64,000 bases of DNA, taken from contig CAWBQK010000013.1 in the NCBI GenBank assembly GCA_963791045.1, forward strand, positions 192,001 through 256,000, read 5' to 3'. This DNA is from Candidatus Latescibacterota bacterium (GTDB taxonomy: Bacteria > Krumholzibacteriota > Krumholzibacteriia > WVZY01). Below, piece by piece: positions 30,426-41,050 of the stretch (within the stretch, counting starts at the first letter, position 1; each line of letters opens with the position of its first letter). The notes beneath the pieces were generated by a model, which was not told where the DNA came from, did no database searches, and saw only the letters and a program-made list of their open reading frames with translations. The translations under genes were made by a program, and so were the position numbers.

Positions 30426-31874
30426 ATGAGCAGCGGCTCCGATCCAATTAGCAAAATCACCGATCAGGAATACCAGTACGGCTTTGTCACCGACGTCGAG
30501 CAGGAGAAAATCCCAAAAGGGCTCGATGAGGATGTCGTTCGCCTCATTTCGTCAAAGAAGGGCGAACCCGCTTGGCTGCTTGAATGGCGGCTTCAGGCGT
30601 ACCGGCACTGGTTGACACTGACGGAGCCGACTTGGCCCAAGGTCAATTACGCCAAGATCGACTATCAGGACATTCACTACTACGCGGCACCCAAATCAAA
30701 AGACGACGGCCCGAAAAGTCTCGACGAAGTCGACCCCGAGATCCGGAGTACTTTCGACAAGCTGGGGATTCCGCTGGAGGAACAGCTGGTCCTTGCCGGC
30801 GTCGCCGTCGATGCGGTCTTTGACAGCGTTTCCGTGGCAACGACATTTAAGGACAAGCTTGCCGAAAAAGGAATTATTTTCTGCGCGTTCTCGGACGCGG
30901 TTAAAAACCACCCCGACCTCGTCCGAGAGCACCTCGGTTCGGTGGTTCCCTACAGCGACAATTATTTCGCCGCATTGAACTCGGCTGTTTTTAGCGACGG
31001 GTCATTTTGTTTTATTCCAAAGGGCGTACGCTGCCCCATGGAGCTTTCGACCTACTTCCGGATCAACGCCGCGCAAACCGGCCAGTTCGAACGGACACTG
31101 ATCGTGGCGGAAGAAGGCGCGTACGTCAGCTACCTGGAAGGCTGCACGGCGCCGATGCGCGATGAAAACCAGCTTCACGCCGCAGTGGTCGAGATCGTCG
31201 CGCTCGACGACGCACAGGTCAAATATTCGACAGTCCAGAACTGGTATCCGGGGGACAAAGAAGGCAAGGGCGGCATCTATAATTTTGTCACCAAGCGCGG
31301 CCACTGCCGCGGAGCGCGTTCGAAAATCTCGTGGACCCAGGTCGAGACCGGCTCCGCCATCACGTGGAAATACCCAAGCTGCGTACTTCTCGGAGATGAG
31401 TCGGTCGGCGAATTCTACTCGGTCGCGATGACAAACAATTATCAACAAGCCGACACGGGGACCAAGATGATCCATGTCGGAAAAAACACGTCGAGCACAA
31501 TCGTCTCCAAGGGTATCTCGGCGGGGCGGGGTCAGAACAGTTATCGCGGACTCGTCCAGGTTCAGAAAAACGCCGCGAACGCCCGTAACTATACGCAATG
31601 CGACTCGATGCTCATCGGGGACAGGTGTGGAGCCCACACATTCCCGTACATCGAAGTCAAAAACACATCGTCGATGATTGAGCACGAAGCATCGACATCA
31701 AAGATCGGTGAGGACCAGATCTTTTACTGCCAGCAACGCGGAATGAAGGCTGAAGACGCGGTCAACATGATCGTAAACGGTTTTTGCAAAGAGGTTTTCC
31801 GTGAACTCCCGATGGAATTCGCGGTCGAAGCCCAGCGTCTTCTCGAAGTAAGTCTCGAAGGCAGTGTCGGTTAG
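30426..31874 (+). CDS. sufB: Fe-S cluster assembly protein SufB
   Basis: [40 protein letters not shown]. Confidence 0.98.
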   Translation: MSSGSDPISKITDQEYQYGFVTDVEQEKIPKGLDEDVVRLISSKKGEPAWLLEWRLQAYRHWLTLTEPTWPKVNYAKIDYQDIHYYAAPKSKDDGPKSLDEVDPEIRSTFDKLGIPLEEQLVLAGVAVDAVFDSVSVATTFKDKLAEKGIIFCAFSDAVKNHPDLVREHLGSVVPYSDNYFAALNSAVFSDGSFCFIPKGVRCPMELSTYFRINAAQTGQFERTLIVAEEGAYVSYLEGCTAPMRDENQLHAAVVEIVALDDAQVKYSTVQNWYPGDKEGKGGIYNFVTKRGHCRGARSKISWTQVETGSAITWKYPSCVLLGDESVGEFYSVAMTNNYQQADTGTKMIHVGKNTSSTIVSKGISAGRGQNSYRGLVQVQKNAANARNYTQCDSMLIGDRCGAHTFPYIEVKNTSSMIEHEASTSKIGEDQIFYCQQRGMKAEDAVNMIVNGFCKEVFRELPMEFAVEAQRLLEVSLEGSVG

Positions 31875-31912
31875 ACTCCCGTTCATTCATATTCTAGAAG
31901 GACTAACTTGAA

Positions 31913-32668
31913 ATGATCGAGATCAAGGATCTGCACGCGAGTGTCGACGGCAAAGAAATTCTCAGGGGCGTCAATCTCAAGGTCAACGCCGGCGAAGTGC
32001 ATGCCATCATGGGTCCCAACGGCTCGGGCAAAAGCACGCTCGCACAGGTGATCGCGGGACGCGACACATTCGAAGTGACAAAGGGCGATGTTCTCTTCAA
32101 CGGCGAGAGCATCCTGGAGAAGAGCCCCGAGGAACGCGCCTGCAAGGGTATCTTTCTTGCTTTCCAGTATCCCGTCGAGATCCCCGGTGTTCGCAATTCA
32201 TACTTTTTGAAATCAGCCCTCAACTCCAAGCGAAAATTCAACGGCGAGGAAGAGATCGACGCGATGGAATTTCTCGCGCTTATCAAAGACAAGATGGAAC
32301 TCCTCGACATGAAGAAGAGCTTCATGGAACGTCCCGTCAACGAAGGTTTTTCCGGCGGCGAAAAAAAGAGAAACGAAATCCTCCAGATGGCCATTCTCGA
32401 CCCCAAGCTCGCCGTGCTCGATGAAACCGATTCGGGGCTCGACATCGACGCGTTGAAAATTGTCTCGGACGGCGTAAACGCGCTCCGCGCGCCCGACCGC
32501 GCAGTCATAGTCGTCACGCATTATCAACGTTTGCTCAACTATATCGTCCCCGATGTCGTTCACGTCCTCGTCGACGGCCGGATCGTAAAGACCGGTGATA
32601 GGAGTCTCGCCCTGGAACTCGAGGACAAGGGTTACGCAGACATTCAAAAAGAAGCGGCAAAAAGCTAG
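31913..32668 (+). CDS. sufC: Fe-S assembly ABC ATPase SufC
   Basis: [36 protein letters not shown]. Confidence 0.98.
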   Translation: MIEIKDLHASVDGKEILRGVNLKVNAGEVHAIMGPNGSGKSTLAQVIAGRDTFEVTKGDVLFNGESILEKSPEERACKGIFLAFQYPVEIPGVRNSYFLKSALNSKRKFNGEEEIDAMEFLALIKDKMELLDMKKSFMERPVNEGFSGGEKKRNEILQMAILDPKLAVLDETDSGLDIDALKIVSDGVNALRAPDRAVIVVTHYQRLLNYIVPDVVHVLVDGRIVKTGDRSLALELEDKGYADIQKEAAKS

Positions 32669-32732
32669 AAACACACCACTCCGCCCCAAAGACTCGCAAG
32701 ACGAGAGGGCGGGGCGAACAACGAATATACAA

Positions 32733-34055
32733 ATGGCAACCAAAGACACATATATATCTCAGTACCAGTCGTTCAACGCGACCGTTGTTGAATCATCGCC
32801 GGCCTGGCTGAATGATATCCGCGACAAGGCGATCACCCGTTTTTCGGAGATGGGTTTTCCGGGCAACAAGGATGAACAATGGCGTTTTACGCGAATTCGC
32901 CCGCTGCTCGGACACGACTTCGATCTCGCCGAAACCCGTCAGCTTGACACAGCCGCGGCCCGCCGGGTCGACGAACTGTGCATCGACGAGACCAAGTGCT
33001 TGCGTCTTACGTTCGTGAACGGTCGTTTCTCGGAATCGTTGTCCAATCTGGACGGACTTCCCGACGGCGTCCGTGTAAACAGCCTGCACAGGGCGCTCGA
33101 GACCGACGCAGAACCGGTTCATCGCTATATCTCGAAATTCGCCAGCACCGATTACAACCCCTTCGTGGCGCTCAACACGGCGCATCTCTACGATGGGGCT
33201 TTCGTTCATATTCCAAAGAATGTAAGACTCGAAAAACCGATCCATTTGCTCTACATAACACACTGCAACGGCGGCGCGATCGTTTCGCACCCGCGAAACC
33301 TTATCATCGCCGAAGAACACTCACGGGCGTCGATTGTGGAAAGTTATGTCGGGGTGCAATCGGACACCTACTTGACGAATCCCGTCACCGAAATCATCGC
33401 AAAAAAACGGGCGGAGATCGATCACTGCAAGCTCCAACGCGAGAGCGGGCGCGCCTATCACATGGCAACCCTCCAGATCCATACCGGCCGTGACAGCCGG
33501 TTCAGAACCGACTTTCTCTCTTTCGGCGGCGCGCTAGTCAGGAACGACGTAAACGTCGTCCTGGCGGATGAAGGGATCGACTGCACGGTAAACGGGCTTT
33601 ATCTCGGCGAGGGAAAACAACACATCGATAACCATACGTTGATCGAACACGCCAAACCACACTGCGCAAGCCATGAGCTCTACAAGGGGATTCTCAACGA
33701 TAAGGCTCGCGCGGTCTTCGACGGCAAGATTCACGTCCATCAGGACGCGCAGAAAACCGACGCCAAACAATCCAACCGCTGCATACTCCTCTCTGACGAT
33801 GCGCAGGTAAATACAAATCCACAGCTCGAAATATATGCCGACGACGTCAAGTGCACGCACGGCGCCGCCGTTGGACAACTCGACGAGGAAGCGGTGTTTT
33901 ATCTTCGCTCCCGCGGAATCGACAAGGATTCCGCGCGCCGGATGCTGATCTTCGCGTTTGCCAACGAGGTGATCGAGGGAATCAAAATAGATCCCGTGCG
34001 CGAGCGGTTGACGACGGACCTCCACAACTGGCTTACCGGAACAAATAAGACCTAA
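32733..34055 (+). CDS. sufD: Fe-S cluster assembly protein SufD
   Basis: EQWRFT, AQKTDAKQ, PQLEIYADDVKCTHGA, FYLRSRGI. Confidence 0.96.
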   Translation: MATKDTYISQYQSFNATVVESSPAWLNDIRDKAITRFSEMGFPGNKDEQWRFTRIRPLLGHDFDLAETRQLDTAAARRVDELCIDETKCLRLTFVNGRFSESLSNLDGLPDGVRVNSLHRALETDAEPVHRYISKFASTDYNPFVALNTAHLYDGAFVHIPKNVRLEKPIHLLYITHCNGGAIVSHPRNLIIAEEHSRASIVESYVGVQSDTYLTNPVTEIIAKKRAEIDHCKLQRESGRAYHMATLQIHTGRDSRFRTDFLSFGGALVRNDVNVVLADEGIDCTVNGLYLGEGKQHIDNHTLIEHAKPHCASHELYKGILNDKARAVFDGKIHVHQDAQKTDAKQSNRCILLSDDAQVNTNPQLEIYADDVKCTHGAAVGQLDEEAVFYLRSRGIDKDSARRMLIFAFANEVIEGIKIDPVRERLTTDLHNWLTGTNKT

Positions 34056-34068
34056 GGACGGGACACGG

Positions 34069-35313
34069 ATGCAGAACCATGCGGATCACGCCGGGCCACT
34101 CGACGTCGAACAAATCCGGGGAGATTTCCCGATTCTGAACCAGACGATCCATGGCAAACCGCTCGTTTACCTGGACAACGCGGCCACGACACAGAAACCC
34201 CAACCCGTTATCGACGCGCTGACAAACTATTATACAAACGACAATTCAAACGTCCATCGCGGCGTCCATCTCCTCAGTCAGCGGGCCACCCGGGCATTCG
34301 AGAACGCGCGCAAGAAGGTGGCAAAATTCGTCAACGCGGAGGATCCGAGCGAAATCATTTTCGTGCGTGGAACCACGGAGGGGATCAACCTCGTCGCGCA
34401 CTCGTTCGGCCGCTGCTGCGTCGGCTCCGGGGACGAGGTTCTCATCACGGCGATGGAACATCATTCGAACATCGTTCCCTGGCAGATTCTTTGCGAGGAA
34501 ATCGGGGCGACACTGCGGGTGGCGCCAATGAACGAAGCGGGAGAACTCTCCCTGGACGAATTCGACAAGCTCCTCACATCAAAAACAAGGCTCGTTTCCG
34601 TCGTCCACATGTCGAACTCGCTCGGCACGATCAATCCCGTCAAAGAAATCATCGACCGCGCCCATGCCAAGAACGTCCCCGTTCTCGTCGACGGCGCCCA
34701 GGCCGCCCCACACATCGAGATCGACGTCCAGGCGCTCGACTGTGATTTCTATGCAATTTCGAGCCACAAGGTGTACGGGCCGATGGGAATCGGCGCGGTA
34801 TACGGCAAACGTGAAATTCTCGAAACAATGCCGCCTTACCAGGGCGGCGGGGATATGATCGCGAGCGTGACGTTCGAGGAAACGAAGTACAACACCATCC
34901 CGCATTATTTTGAGGCGGGAACGCCAAACGTCGCCGGCGCAATCGGGTTCGGCGCCGCCATCGATTACGTCAGCGCCGCCGGCCTTCCGGCCATTGCGGC
35001 CCATGAAGACATCCTGGTCGCGTACGCCACAGAACAACTCTTGTCGATCCCCGGAATCCGCATAATCGGAACCGCCAAAAGCAAGGCGGGTATCGTCTCG
35101 TTTGTGATGGATGGCGTTCACCCGCATGACATGGGGACGATTCTTGACCGCGAGGGCATCGCGATCCGGACCGGCCATCACTGTACGCAGCCGGTTATGG
35201 ATTTCTTCGGAGTACCGGCGACTTCGCGGGCATCGTTCGGAATGTACAACACACGATCCGAGGTCGACACGTTCGTCGCCGCGATCGAAAAAGTCAAAGA
35301 GGTGTTTGCCTGA
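34069..35313 (+). CDS. sufS: Cysteine desulfurase SufS
   Basis: VYLDNAATTQKP, SSHKVYGP (PLP Lys), RTGHHC. Confidence 0.97.
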   Translation: MQNHADHAGPLDVEQIRGDFPILNQTIHGKPLVYLDNAATTQKPQPVIDALTNYYTNDNSNVHRGVHLLSQRATRAFENARKKVAKFVNAEDPSEIIFVRGTTEGINLVAHSFGRCCVGSGDEVLITAMEHHSNIVPWQILCEEIGATLRVAPMNEAGELSLDEFDKLLTSKTRLVSVVHMSNSLGTINPVKEIIDRAHAKNVPVLVDGAQAAPHIEIDVQALDCDFYAISSHKVYGPMGIGAVYGKREILETMPPYQGGGDMIASVTFEETKYNTIPHYFEAGTPNVAGAIGFGAAIDYVSAAGLPAIAAHEDILVAYATEQLLSIPGIRIIGTAKSKAGIVSFVMDGVHPHDMGTILDREGIAIRTGHHCTQPVMDFFGVPATSRASFGMYNTRSEVDTFVAAIEKVKEVFA

Positions 35314-35765
35314 TGGACGAACTCCGCGAGCTTTACCAGGAAATGCTCCTCGATCACCACAAGCGACCGAGGAACTTCGGCAAGCTTGAAAACGCCAACC
35401 GCCAGGCGGACGGGTACAACCCGCTTTGTGGCGATCGAGTGACGATCTACCTGGCCCTGAACGGCGACGTAATAGAGGATATCGGTTTCGAGGGGAATGG
35501 GTGCGCGATCTGTACGGCGAGCACTTCGCTCATGACCGAGAGTGTGAAGGGCAAAACGCTCGATGAGGTCGAAATCGTTTTTGGCCGATTTCACGATCTC
35601 GTCACAAGCGACCCCGACTCAGAGATCGACACGGAGAGTCTCGGCAAACTGGCTATTTTTGCCGGGGTGCGCGAGTTTCCGGTTCGAATCAAGTGTGCGA
35701 CACTGGCCTGGCATACGCTGCACGCGGCCCTCAAAGATACTGATGAACCCGCAACCACCGAGTAG
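35313..35765 (+). CDS. sufU: SUF-system NifU-like sulfur transfer protein SufU
   Basis: LYQEMLLDH, NPLCGD, GCAI, RIKCATLAWH. Confidence 0.95.
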   Translation: MDELRELYQEMLLDHHKRPRNFGKLENANRQADGYNPLCGDRVTIYLALNGDVIEDIGFEGNGCAICTASTSLMTESVKGKTLDEVEIVFGRFHDLVTSDPDSEIDTESLGKLAIFAGVREFPVRIKCATLAWHTLHAALKDTDEPATTE

Positions 35766-35774
35766 GAGTTTCAT

Positions 35775-36092
35775 ATGGACGCCAACAGAATCGAGGAAGT
35801 CCGTGAACTCGTGGTTGAAACGATAAAAACCGTTTATGACCCTGAAATCCCCGTCAATATATATGAACTCGGACTGATCTATGACATCGATATTTCTCCC
35901 GAAGGAAAAGTCATTGTTACCATGACATTGACTTCGCCCGGTTGCCCGGTCGCCGGAAGTCTTCCAAAGGAAGTCGAACTCAAGATCGGGACCATCGAGG
36001 ACGTTAGCGAAGTTGTCATCGAGCTGGTATGGGATCCGCCGTGGACACCTGAGCGCATGTCCGAAGCGGCTCGCCTCGACCTCAATATGTAA
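35775..36092 (+). CDS. sufT: DUF59/SufT Fe-S assembly protein
   Basis: DPEIPVNIYELGLIY, TLTSPGCP, WDPPWTPERMS. Confidence 0.92.
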   Translation: MDANRIEEVRELVVETIKTVYDPEIPVNIYELGLIYDIDISPEGKVIVTMTLTSPGCPVAGSLPKEVELKIGTIEDVSEVVIELVWDPPWTPERMSEAARLDLNM

Positions 36093-36134
36093 ACAAAAAC
36101 ACCTGGAGTATTTGGTTTAACGCCAGAAGGAGTT

Positions 36135-36557
36135 ATGGATATGTATCCTGAAGAAATCGTAGCACCATGCCGTAAAGAACTCACCGATATCGGCGTCGAA
36201 GAATTCAAAACCGCCGAAGATGTCGATGTAGCGATGACCGGCCAGAACGGGACCATGCTTATCGTTGTCAATTCGGTGTGCGGTTGCGCCGCCGGGAGCG
36301 CCCGCCCAGCCGTGCGGATGGCCCTCGAGCACTCCACCCTTCCCGACCGCGTCGCAACGGTTTTCGCCGGGGTCGACACGGACGCCACCGCAAAGGTCCG
36401 CTCTTACATGACCGGTTACCAGCCGTCGTCACCGGCGGTCGCCCTCTTCAAGGATGGCGAACTCGTGCATATGCTGGAGCGTCACATGATAGAAGCTCAT
36501 GATCCCAGCGATATCGCCGAAGGGCTCAAATCCGCTTTTGACAAGCACTGCGGCTGA
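36135..36557 (+). CDS. BrxA/BrxB (YphP-like) bacilliredoxin
   Basis: VVNSVCGCAAGSARP, TVFAGVD, PSSPAVALFKDG. Confidence 0.92.
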   Translation: MDMYPEEIVAPCRKELTDIGVEEFKTAEDVDVAMTGQNGTMLIVVNSVCGCAAGSARPAVRMALEHSTLPDRVATVFAGVDTDATAKVRSYMTGYQPSSPAVALFKDGELVHMLERHMIEAHDPSDIAEGLKSAFDKHCG

Positions 36558-36691
36558 CGCGCTTGGGCTGATGACATTTCGGTGCTTTTTGCGCCCCCTC
36601 AGCACCTGTTTTTCTCAAAAACTGTTAGAGGCGGCCTGGCGTTGCGTTTGTTAGAATCATTGTGACCGGGGAAACACCCGGTTCCACGATC

Positions 36692-38269
36692 ATGACAAAC
36701 GCAACGCCAAATCAATCCTCTCAGGATTCCGGCTCCGCGCGAAGGTGGATTTCCTTCATCTTCATAGCGGCCGTTCTCCTCATCATCATCCTGACGCTTT
36801 CCTCGATAATCCTCACCGGACGGCTGTCACACGACGAACATATGTATCTCTCGGCGGCCCATCTTCTCGGGGACTACTCGTTATACAAGGACTTCGCATA
36901 CTTCCAGACACCGTACATGCCGTATGTCTATCACTGGGCCTCCATGCTCCCCGGGACCGATCACGTCCTTACCACCGCGCGCCTTGTCAAAATACTCATC
37001 GTGACGCTGCTGATCCTCGCCGTCTTTTTTACCTGTTCGCGGCTCACGCGCGACCGCTGGTTCGCGCTCGCTTGCGCTCTGCTGCTCGCCAACAACGATA
37101 TCTTCCGCCACTCGATTCCCTACGCGACGAATCTCGATATGGCATCGCTGTTGGTGGTGGCCGCGTTCTTGTTGACGCTTCGGGCTGACTCCAATCGGCG
37201 TCCAAGTGTTTCAACCGTGATCTGCGGCGTTTTCGTGGGGCTCGCGATCGGAACCAAGATGACTTTTGCGCTGGTTCCTCTTTGTTTCCTACTCCCGATT
37301 CCCGCCTTGTATGGACGTTCCGGACGCAGACTCAATTCGCTGTTCCTCTTCACCGCCGGACTCGTCGCAGGCATTGGACCGGCGATTTATATCTGTCTAG
37401 CCGCCGGAGTTGACACCGCCATCTTCAATAATTTCGGATATCACCGTTTGAACGCGTTGTGGCGGGCCGAGTCGGGCTTCGAAATCGCCATGACACTTCC
37501 CGAGAAACTCTATTTTGCCAGACATCAGCTGCTAGAACTTACGAGCGCGCTGTTGTTGATGCTCGCGGCGGGACTCTCGATACTCCGCATTCGCACGGGC
37601 TTTCCCGTATCAATCAAACGCGAAACCGCCGTGTTCGGATTCGCTCTTTTCGTCCCGGTTTGTGTTCTGATGTTCATGATTCCAACACCCATCTGGCGCT
37701 CTTACTTGTCGCCGTTTGTGATTTCGGTGGCCCTTTTCATCGCCGCGCTCTACTCGGAACTCACTCCCGGCGGCAAACGCCCCGCCCGATTGATTGTTTG
37801 GATCGGTGTCGCCGTTCTACTCCTGGCGAACGCGAAGAGCGATGCCGGTCGTCTTGGGGTGTGCTTCAAACCGGACCAATGGATGGGGGAAGAAATCCAC
37901 AAACGCGGACAGATCGTCCGATCCGTCGTCTCTGAAGATCAACGGCACAGACCCGTCGCCACCCTCAGCCTGGTTTACGCTCTCGAAGCGGGGCTACCCA
38001 TCTATCCCGAGCTTGCAACGGGTCAGTTCGCCTACCGAATTGGCGGTTTGTTGTCCGATGTGGAGATCAGCCGGTACCACACCGCATCGGCCGGGACAAT
38101 CGCCGCGCTTCTCGATGAATCACCGCCCTCGGCCGTCTTTGTCGGGTTTGCGACCGATCTTGATTCCACGCTGGCGCGTTACGCCGAAACCCACGGTTAT
38201 CAAAAACACACCGTCGTCACCAAACGTGCGTACGTTTATTCGGAAGACCCGGGCGGCCCCACCGACTGA
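36692..38269 (+). CDS. Multi-TM GT-C/ArnT-like glycosyltransferase
   Basis: HDEHMY acidic motif after TM1, LYKDFAYFQTP, GLAIGTK, many TM helices. Confidence 0.7.
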   Translation: MTNATPNQSSQDSGSARRWISFIFIAAVLLIIILTLSSIILTGRLSHDEHMYLSAAHLLGDYSLYKDFAYFQTPYMPYVYHWASMLPGTDHVLTTARLVKILIVTLLILAVFFTCSRLTRDRWFALACALLLANNDIFRHSIPYATNLDMASLLVVAAFLLTLRADSNRRPSVSTVICGVFVGLAIGTKMTFALVPLCFLLPIPALYGRSGRRLNSLFLFTAGLVAGIGPAIYICLAAGVDTAIFNNFGYHRLNALWRAESGFEIAMTLPEKLYFARHQLLELTSALLLMLAAGLSILRIRTGFPVSIKRETAVFGFALFVPVCVLMFMIPTPIWRSYLSPFVISVALFIAALYSELTPGGKRPARLIVWIGVAVLLLANAKSDAGRLGVCFKPDQWMGEEIHKRGQIVRSVVSEDQRHRPVATLSLVYALEAGLPIYPELATGQFAYRIGGLLSDVEISRYHTASAGTIAALLDESPPSAVFVGFATDLDSTLARYAETHGYQKHTVVTKRAYVYSEDPGGPTD

Positions 38270-38287
38270 CTTTGCTTTTTACAGGGA

Positions 38288-40327
38288 TTAAAGATAACCG
38301 AGGGACTTGAGCCGTTTGATCGTATCCTGGTCGAGTTCGATGCGGCTTGAGTTGTGTGTGTTGTAGAAATCCTTGAGGAGTTCGCAGGCTTCCCTGTGGG
38401 CATCGAGGGCGGCCTTCGCGCGTATAACCCGTCCCGTCTGTTCGGAGGCGGCGTCTTTTGTTTCACCGGGATCACGTTCGAGGTTATAGAGTACCTCTGT
38501 CCCGGTATCGAGTCCGCGAATGTATTTGTAGCCATCGAGCACAACCGATTCGCGCGGTTCGAAATAAAGACAGCCCGTGCCGAAAACCGGCTCGTATTCG
38601 GTTTCTTCCGAGTCCTCGGAATCCTCGACCGGCTCGCTCGGGATCAGAGTCTCCGGCCCGGAGAGGGGCGCGCCGTCGGGGGCAGAGATCCCGCATGCAC
38701 CCAGGATCGTAGCCATAACCCTTTGTGTAGACACGGGTTCCTCGACCACACGTTTTTCCGTCGCGCCGGGAAGTTTGACCATGAGCGGCACACGAAGCAA
38801 TTCATCGTAGAGAGTGTGGCCGTGTTCGATCCCACCGTGTTCGAAGAATTCCTCACCATGATCGCTGACAAGGACGATCAGCGCGTCGTCATAGATCCCT
38901 TCGGCGCGAAGCGCGTCGATGATCCTGCCAACCGCTTCGTCGACGTACCGGACTTCACCTTCATAGAGCTTCCGTATCCACTCTTTTTCAACGGCGGTCG
39001 GATAGAGCATTCCCAACCGGACTTCCTGCACGCTACCGAATCTGCGGCCGATGCGTGCCGACGGCGTTCCTTTGGGCTGAAATCTTTCGGGAGGACCGTA
39101 CGCGATGTGCGGATCGAAAATATGCGTCCACAAAAAGAAGTTCTTTTCGGAATGGCGTTCGATGAACTCGATCGCAGAGTTGGCCGTGATATCGGTGGTC
39201 GCAAGATTCCTGTAACGATTGGGAAACAATCTTTGAAGAATCAATGTGCCCAATGACGTGTCCCGTGTGTTGCGCGGATAGTGGGAAAATTCATCGAACC
39301 CCGCATCCATACCGTGCTTCGCGGATAGATACGGGTTGTTCACCGAAGCGCCGGTTACGTACCCTGCCGCTTTCATGTGTTCGGCAAGCGTGGTCAACCC
39401 ATCCGGGACACGCGAGTTTTTTGCCAGCGCGCCGTGCACCTCGGGCGCGAGTCCGGTCATTATCGAAACCATCGCCGGCATGGTCCACGGCGACGGGGAC
39501 ATTGCGTGAGAAAAACGGACACAATCCGCCGCCAGAGTGTCGATATTGGGCGTTGGAGGCGCTCCCTTGTTCTGGCACCTGATCATGTCGGCACGAAGGG
39601 TGTCGATAACAAGCAGGACAACATGGCGGACGGGACGAAAACCGTCGGAGTTAAATGTCCGGGGTCTCTCGAGCGACAACTTGGCGCCCGCAACGAGCAC
39701 GATGACGAGGAAAAGACCGCCGATAAGACGACCGCCAAAACGGGACAAGAACGCGGCGAGAATCGAGACCGCGACAACCGCAACGAGACCCACCAGGCCA
39801 AACAGGATGCCTCGCGACGAGAGAGCGCCGTCCGCGTTGTAATGGATAAACCAGTGAAAACAAGTGGCGGCAAGAAGACCAAACGGCAGAGCAACAACGA
39901 AGCGAACGGTCCTTTTGACGTGGCCGGGCCGAACCAGAATCATCCACCCCACCGCGGCGGATAACGCCAGAGCAATCAACAGCCGGTATGGGTTCCGGAC
40001 AAATGGGGCGGTGTGTCCGTAATCAAGAACAATGAGAAGCACGACGATAAACGTAGCAACCGCCGGAGAGAGTGTATTCTCCCACCTCGGCGACAACCCG
40101 CGGAGCGGAATTGAAAGGAGCGTCCCCGCGAGGGCGACGGCGAACGCGAAAAGAGCAATCGCCGCGACCGGGGGAAATATATTGAGGAAAGAGGCGAATG
40201 ACGGCGGTCGCCCCACAATGGCGAGCGAGATATCGACCAACCCCACCGTTAAACCGGCGACCAGCCCGAGGGTTACCGGGTTGAGCCGGGCGGTACGAGA
40301 ATAAGATCTGCCGTCACGCGGTTGCAT
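38288..40327 (-). CDS. Membrane-anchored sulfatase/alkaline-phosphatase-superfamily enzyme
   Basis: N-terminal TM helices. IDTLRAD, SPWTMPA, DPH, SDHGEEF, LYNLERDPGE, LKSLGYL. Confidence 0.88.
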   Translation of the reverse strand: MQPRDGRSYSRTARLNPVTLGLVAGLTVGLVDISLAIVGRPPSFASFLNIFPPVAAIALFAFAVALAGTLLSIPLRGLSPRWENTLSPAVATFIVVLLIVLDYGHTAPFVRNPYRLLIALALSAAVGWMILVRPGHVKRTVRFVVALPFGLLAATCFHWFIHYNADGALSSRGILFGLVGLVAVVAVSILAAFLSRFGGRLIGGLFLVIVLVAGAKLSLERPRTFNSDGFRPVRHVVLLVIDTLRADMIRCQNKGAPPTPNIDTLAADCVRFSHAMSPSPWTMPAMVSIMTGLAPEVHGALAKNSRVPDGLTTLAEHMKAAGYVTGASVNNPYLSAKHGMDAGFDEFSHYPRNTRDTSLGTLILQRLFPNRYRNLATTDITANSAIEFIERHSEKNFFLWTHIFDPHIAYGPPERFQPKGTPSARIGRRFGSVQEVRLGMLYPTAVEKEWIRKLYEGEVRYVDEAVGRIIDALRAEGIYDDALIVLVSDHGEEFFEHGGIEHGHTLYDELLRVPLMVKLPGATEKRVVEEPVSTQRVMATILGACGISAPDGAPLSGPETLIPSEPVEDSEDSEETEYEPVFGTGCLYFEPRESVVLDGYKYIRGLDTGTEVLYNLERDPGETKDAASEQTGRVIRAKAALDAHREACELLKDFYNTHNSSRIELDQDTIKRLKSLGYL

Positions 40328-40491
40328 TGTTCTATATGCGCACGAATGAGGAGTTCTGTCAACCCCTTATCGTTAAATACGTTGACAGGTCACGGTTTGC
40401 CGGCCGGGATATTCTGATATACTCCTCCGGCGCAGCCGGGATTCGTCCACTCCCGACGCTGCCGCATCAACCACCAGCAAGGGGGAATAAA

Positions 40492-40977
40492 ATGAGAAAA
40501 GCGATTTTGCTTTTGTTTGCACTCGCGTTTGTGATGACCGCTCCGGCTACCAACGCCGGAGAGACTCCGTGGTTCGACATGGAGAATTGTGTTTTCTGCC
40601 AGCACCTCGTCAAGGACCCCAAACTTCTCGACAACCTGTCCTGGGAACACCATGACATCAAAAATGGCGCCATGACGATCTCCGTGGTAAAACCCGAATA
40701 CCGCGAATCCTATGAGATGGCACAGAAAGAGATGATGGCGGAAGGTCAGAAACTTCAGTCGGGGGAAGTTGCCTTCACCGATGTCAAGATGTGCGGACAC
40801 TGTCAGGCCTACGGAAAACTCATGATGATTGGGGTCAACATCGAGTACGTGCAGGGTGAAGTCGCCGACGTCGTTCTCATGACATCGGACGATCCCGACA
40901 AAGTCAAAGAAATCAAAATGTACTCTCAGCACAACCGCGATGCGATGGTCAAAATGCACAAAGCGGACAAGATGTAG
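40492..40977 (+). CDS. Secreted hypothetical protein with two CxxC motifs
   Basis: Signal peptide MRKAILLLFALAFV, CVFC and CGHC, RBS AGGGGG. Confidence 0.8.
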   Translation: MRKAILLLFALAFVMTAPATNAGETPWFDMENCVFCQHLVKDPKLLDNLSWEHHDIKNGAMTISVVKPEYRESYEMAQKEMMAEGQKLQSGEVAFTDVKMCGHCQAYGKLMMIGVNIEYVQGEVADVVLMTSDDPDKVKEIKMYSQHNRDAMVKMHKADKM

Positions 40978-41003
40978 TTACGCATCAGCCTCAAATGCAA
41001 AAG

Positions 41004-41026
41004 AAGGGCCCCGACGGGGGCCCTTT
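41004..41026 (+). terminator. Hairpin, probable terminator
   Basis: AAGGGCCCC-GACG-GGGGCCCTT. Confidence 0.55.
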
Positions 41027-41050
41027 GAATCTCAATATCAAGGACATGGA

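Noticed and set aside
40492-40977. c-type cytochrome
   Set aside because: The motifs are CVFCQH and CGHCQ, not CxxCH.
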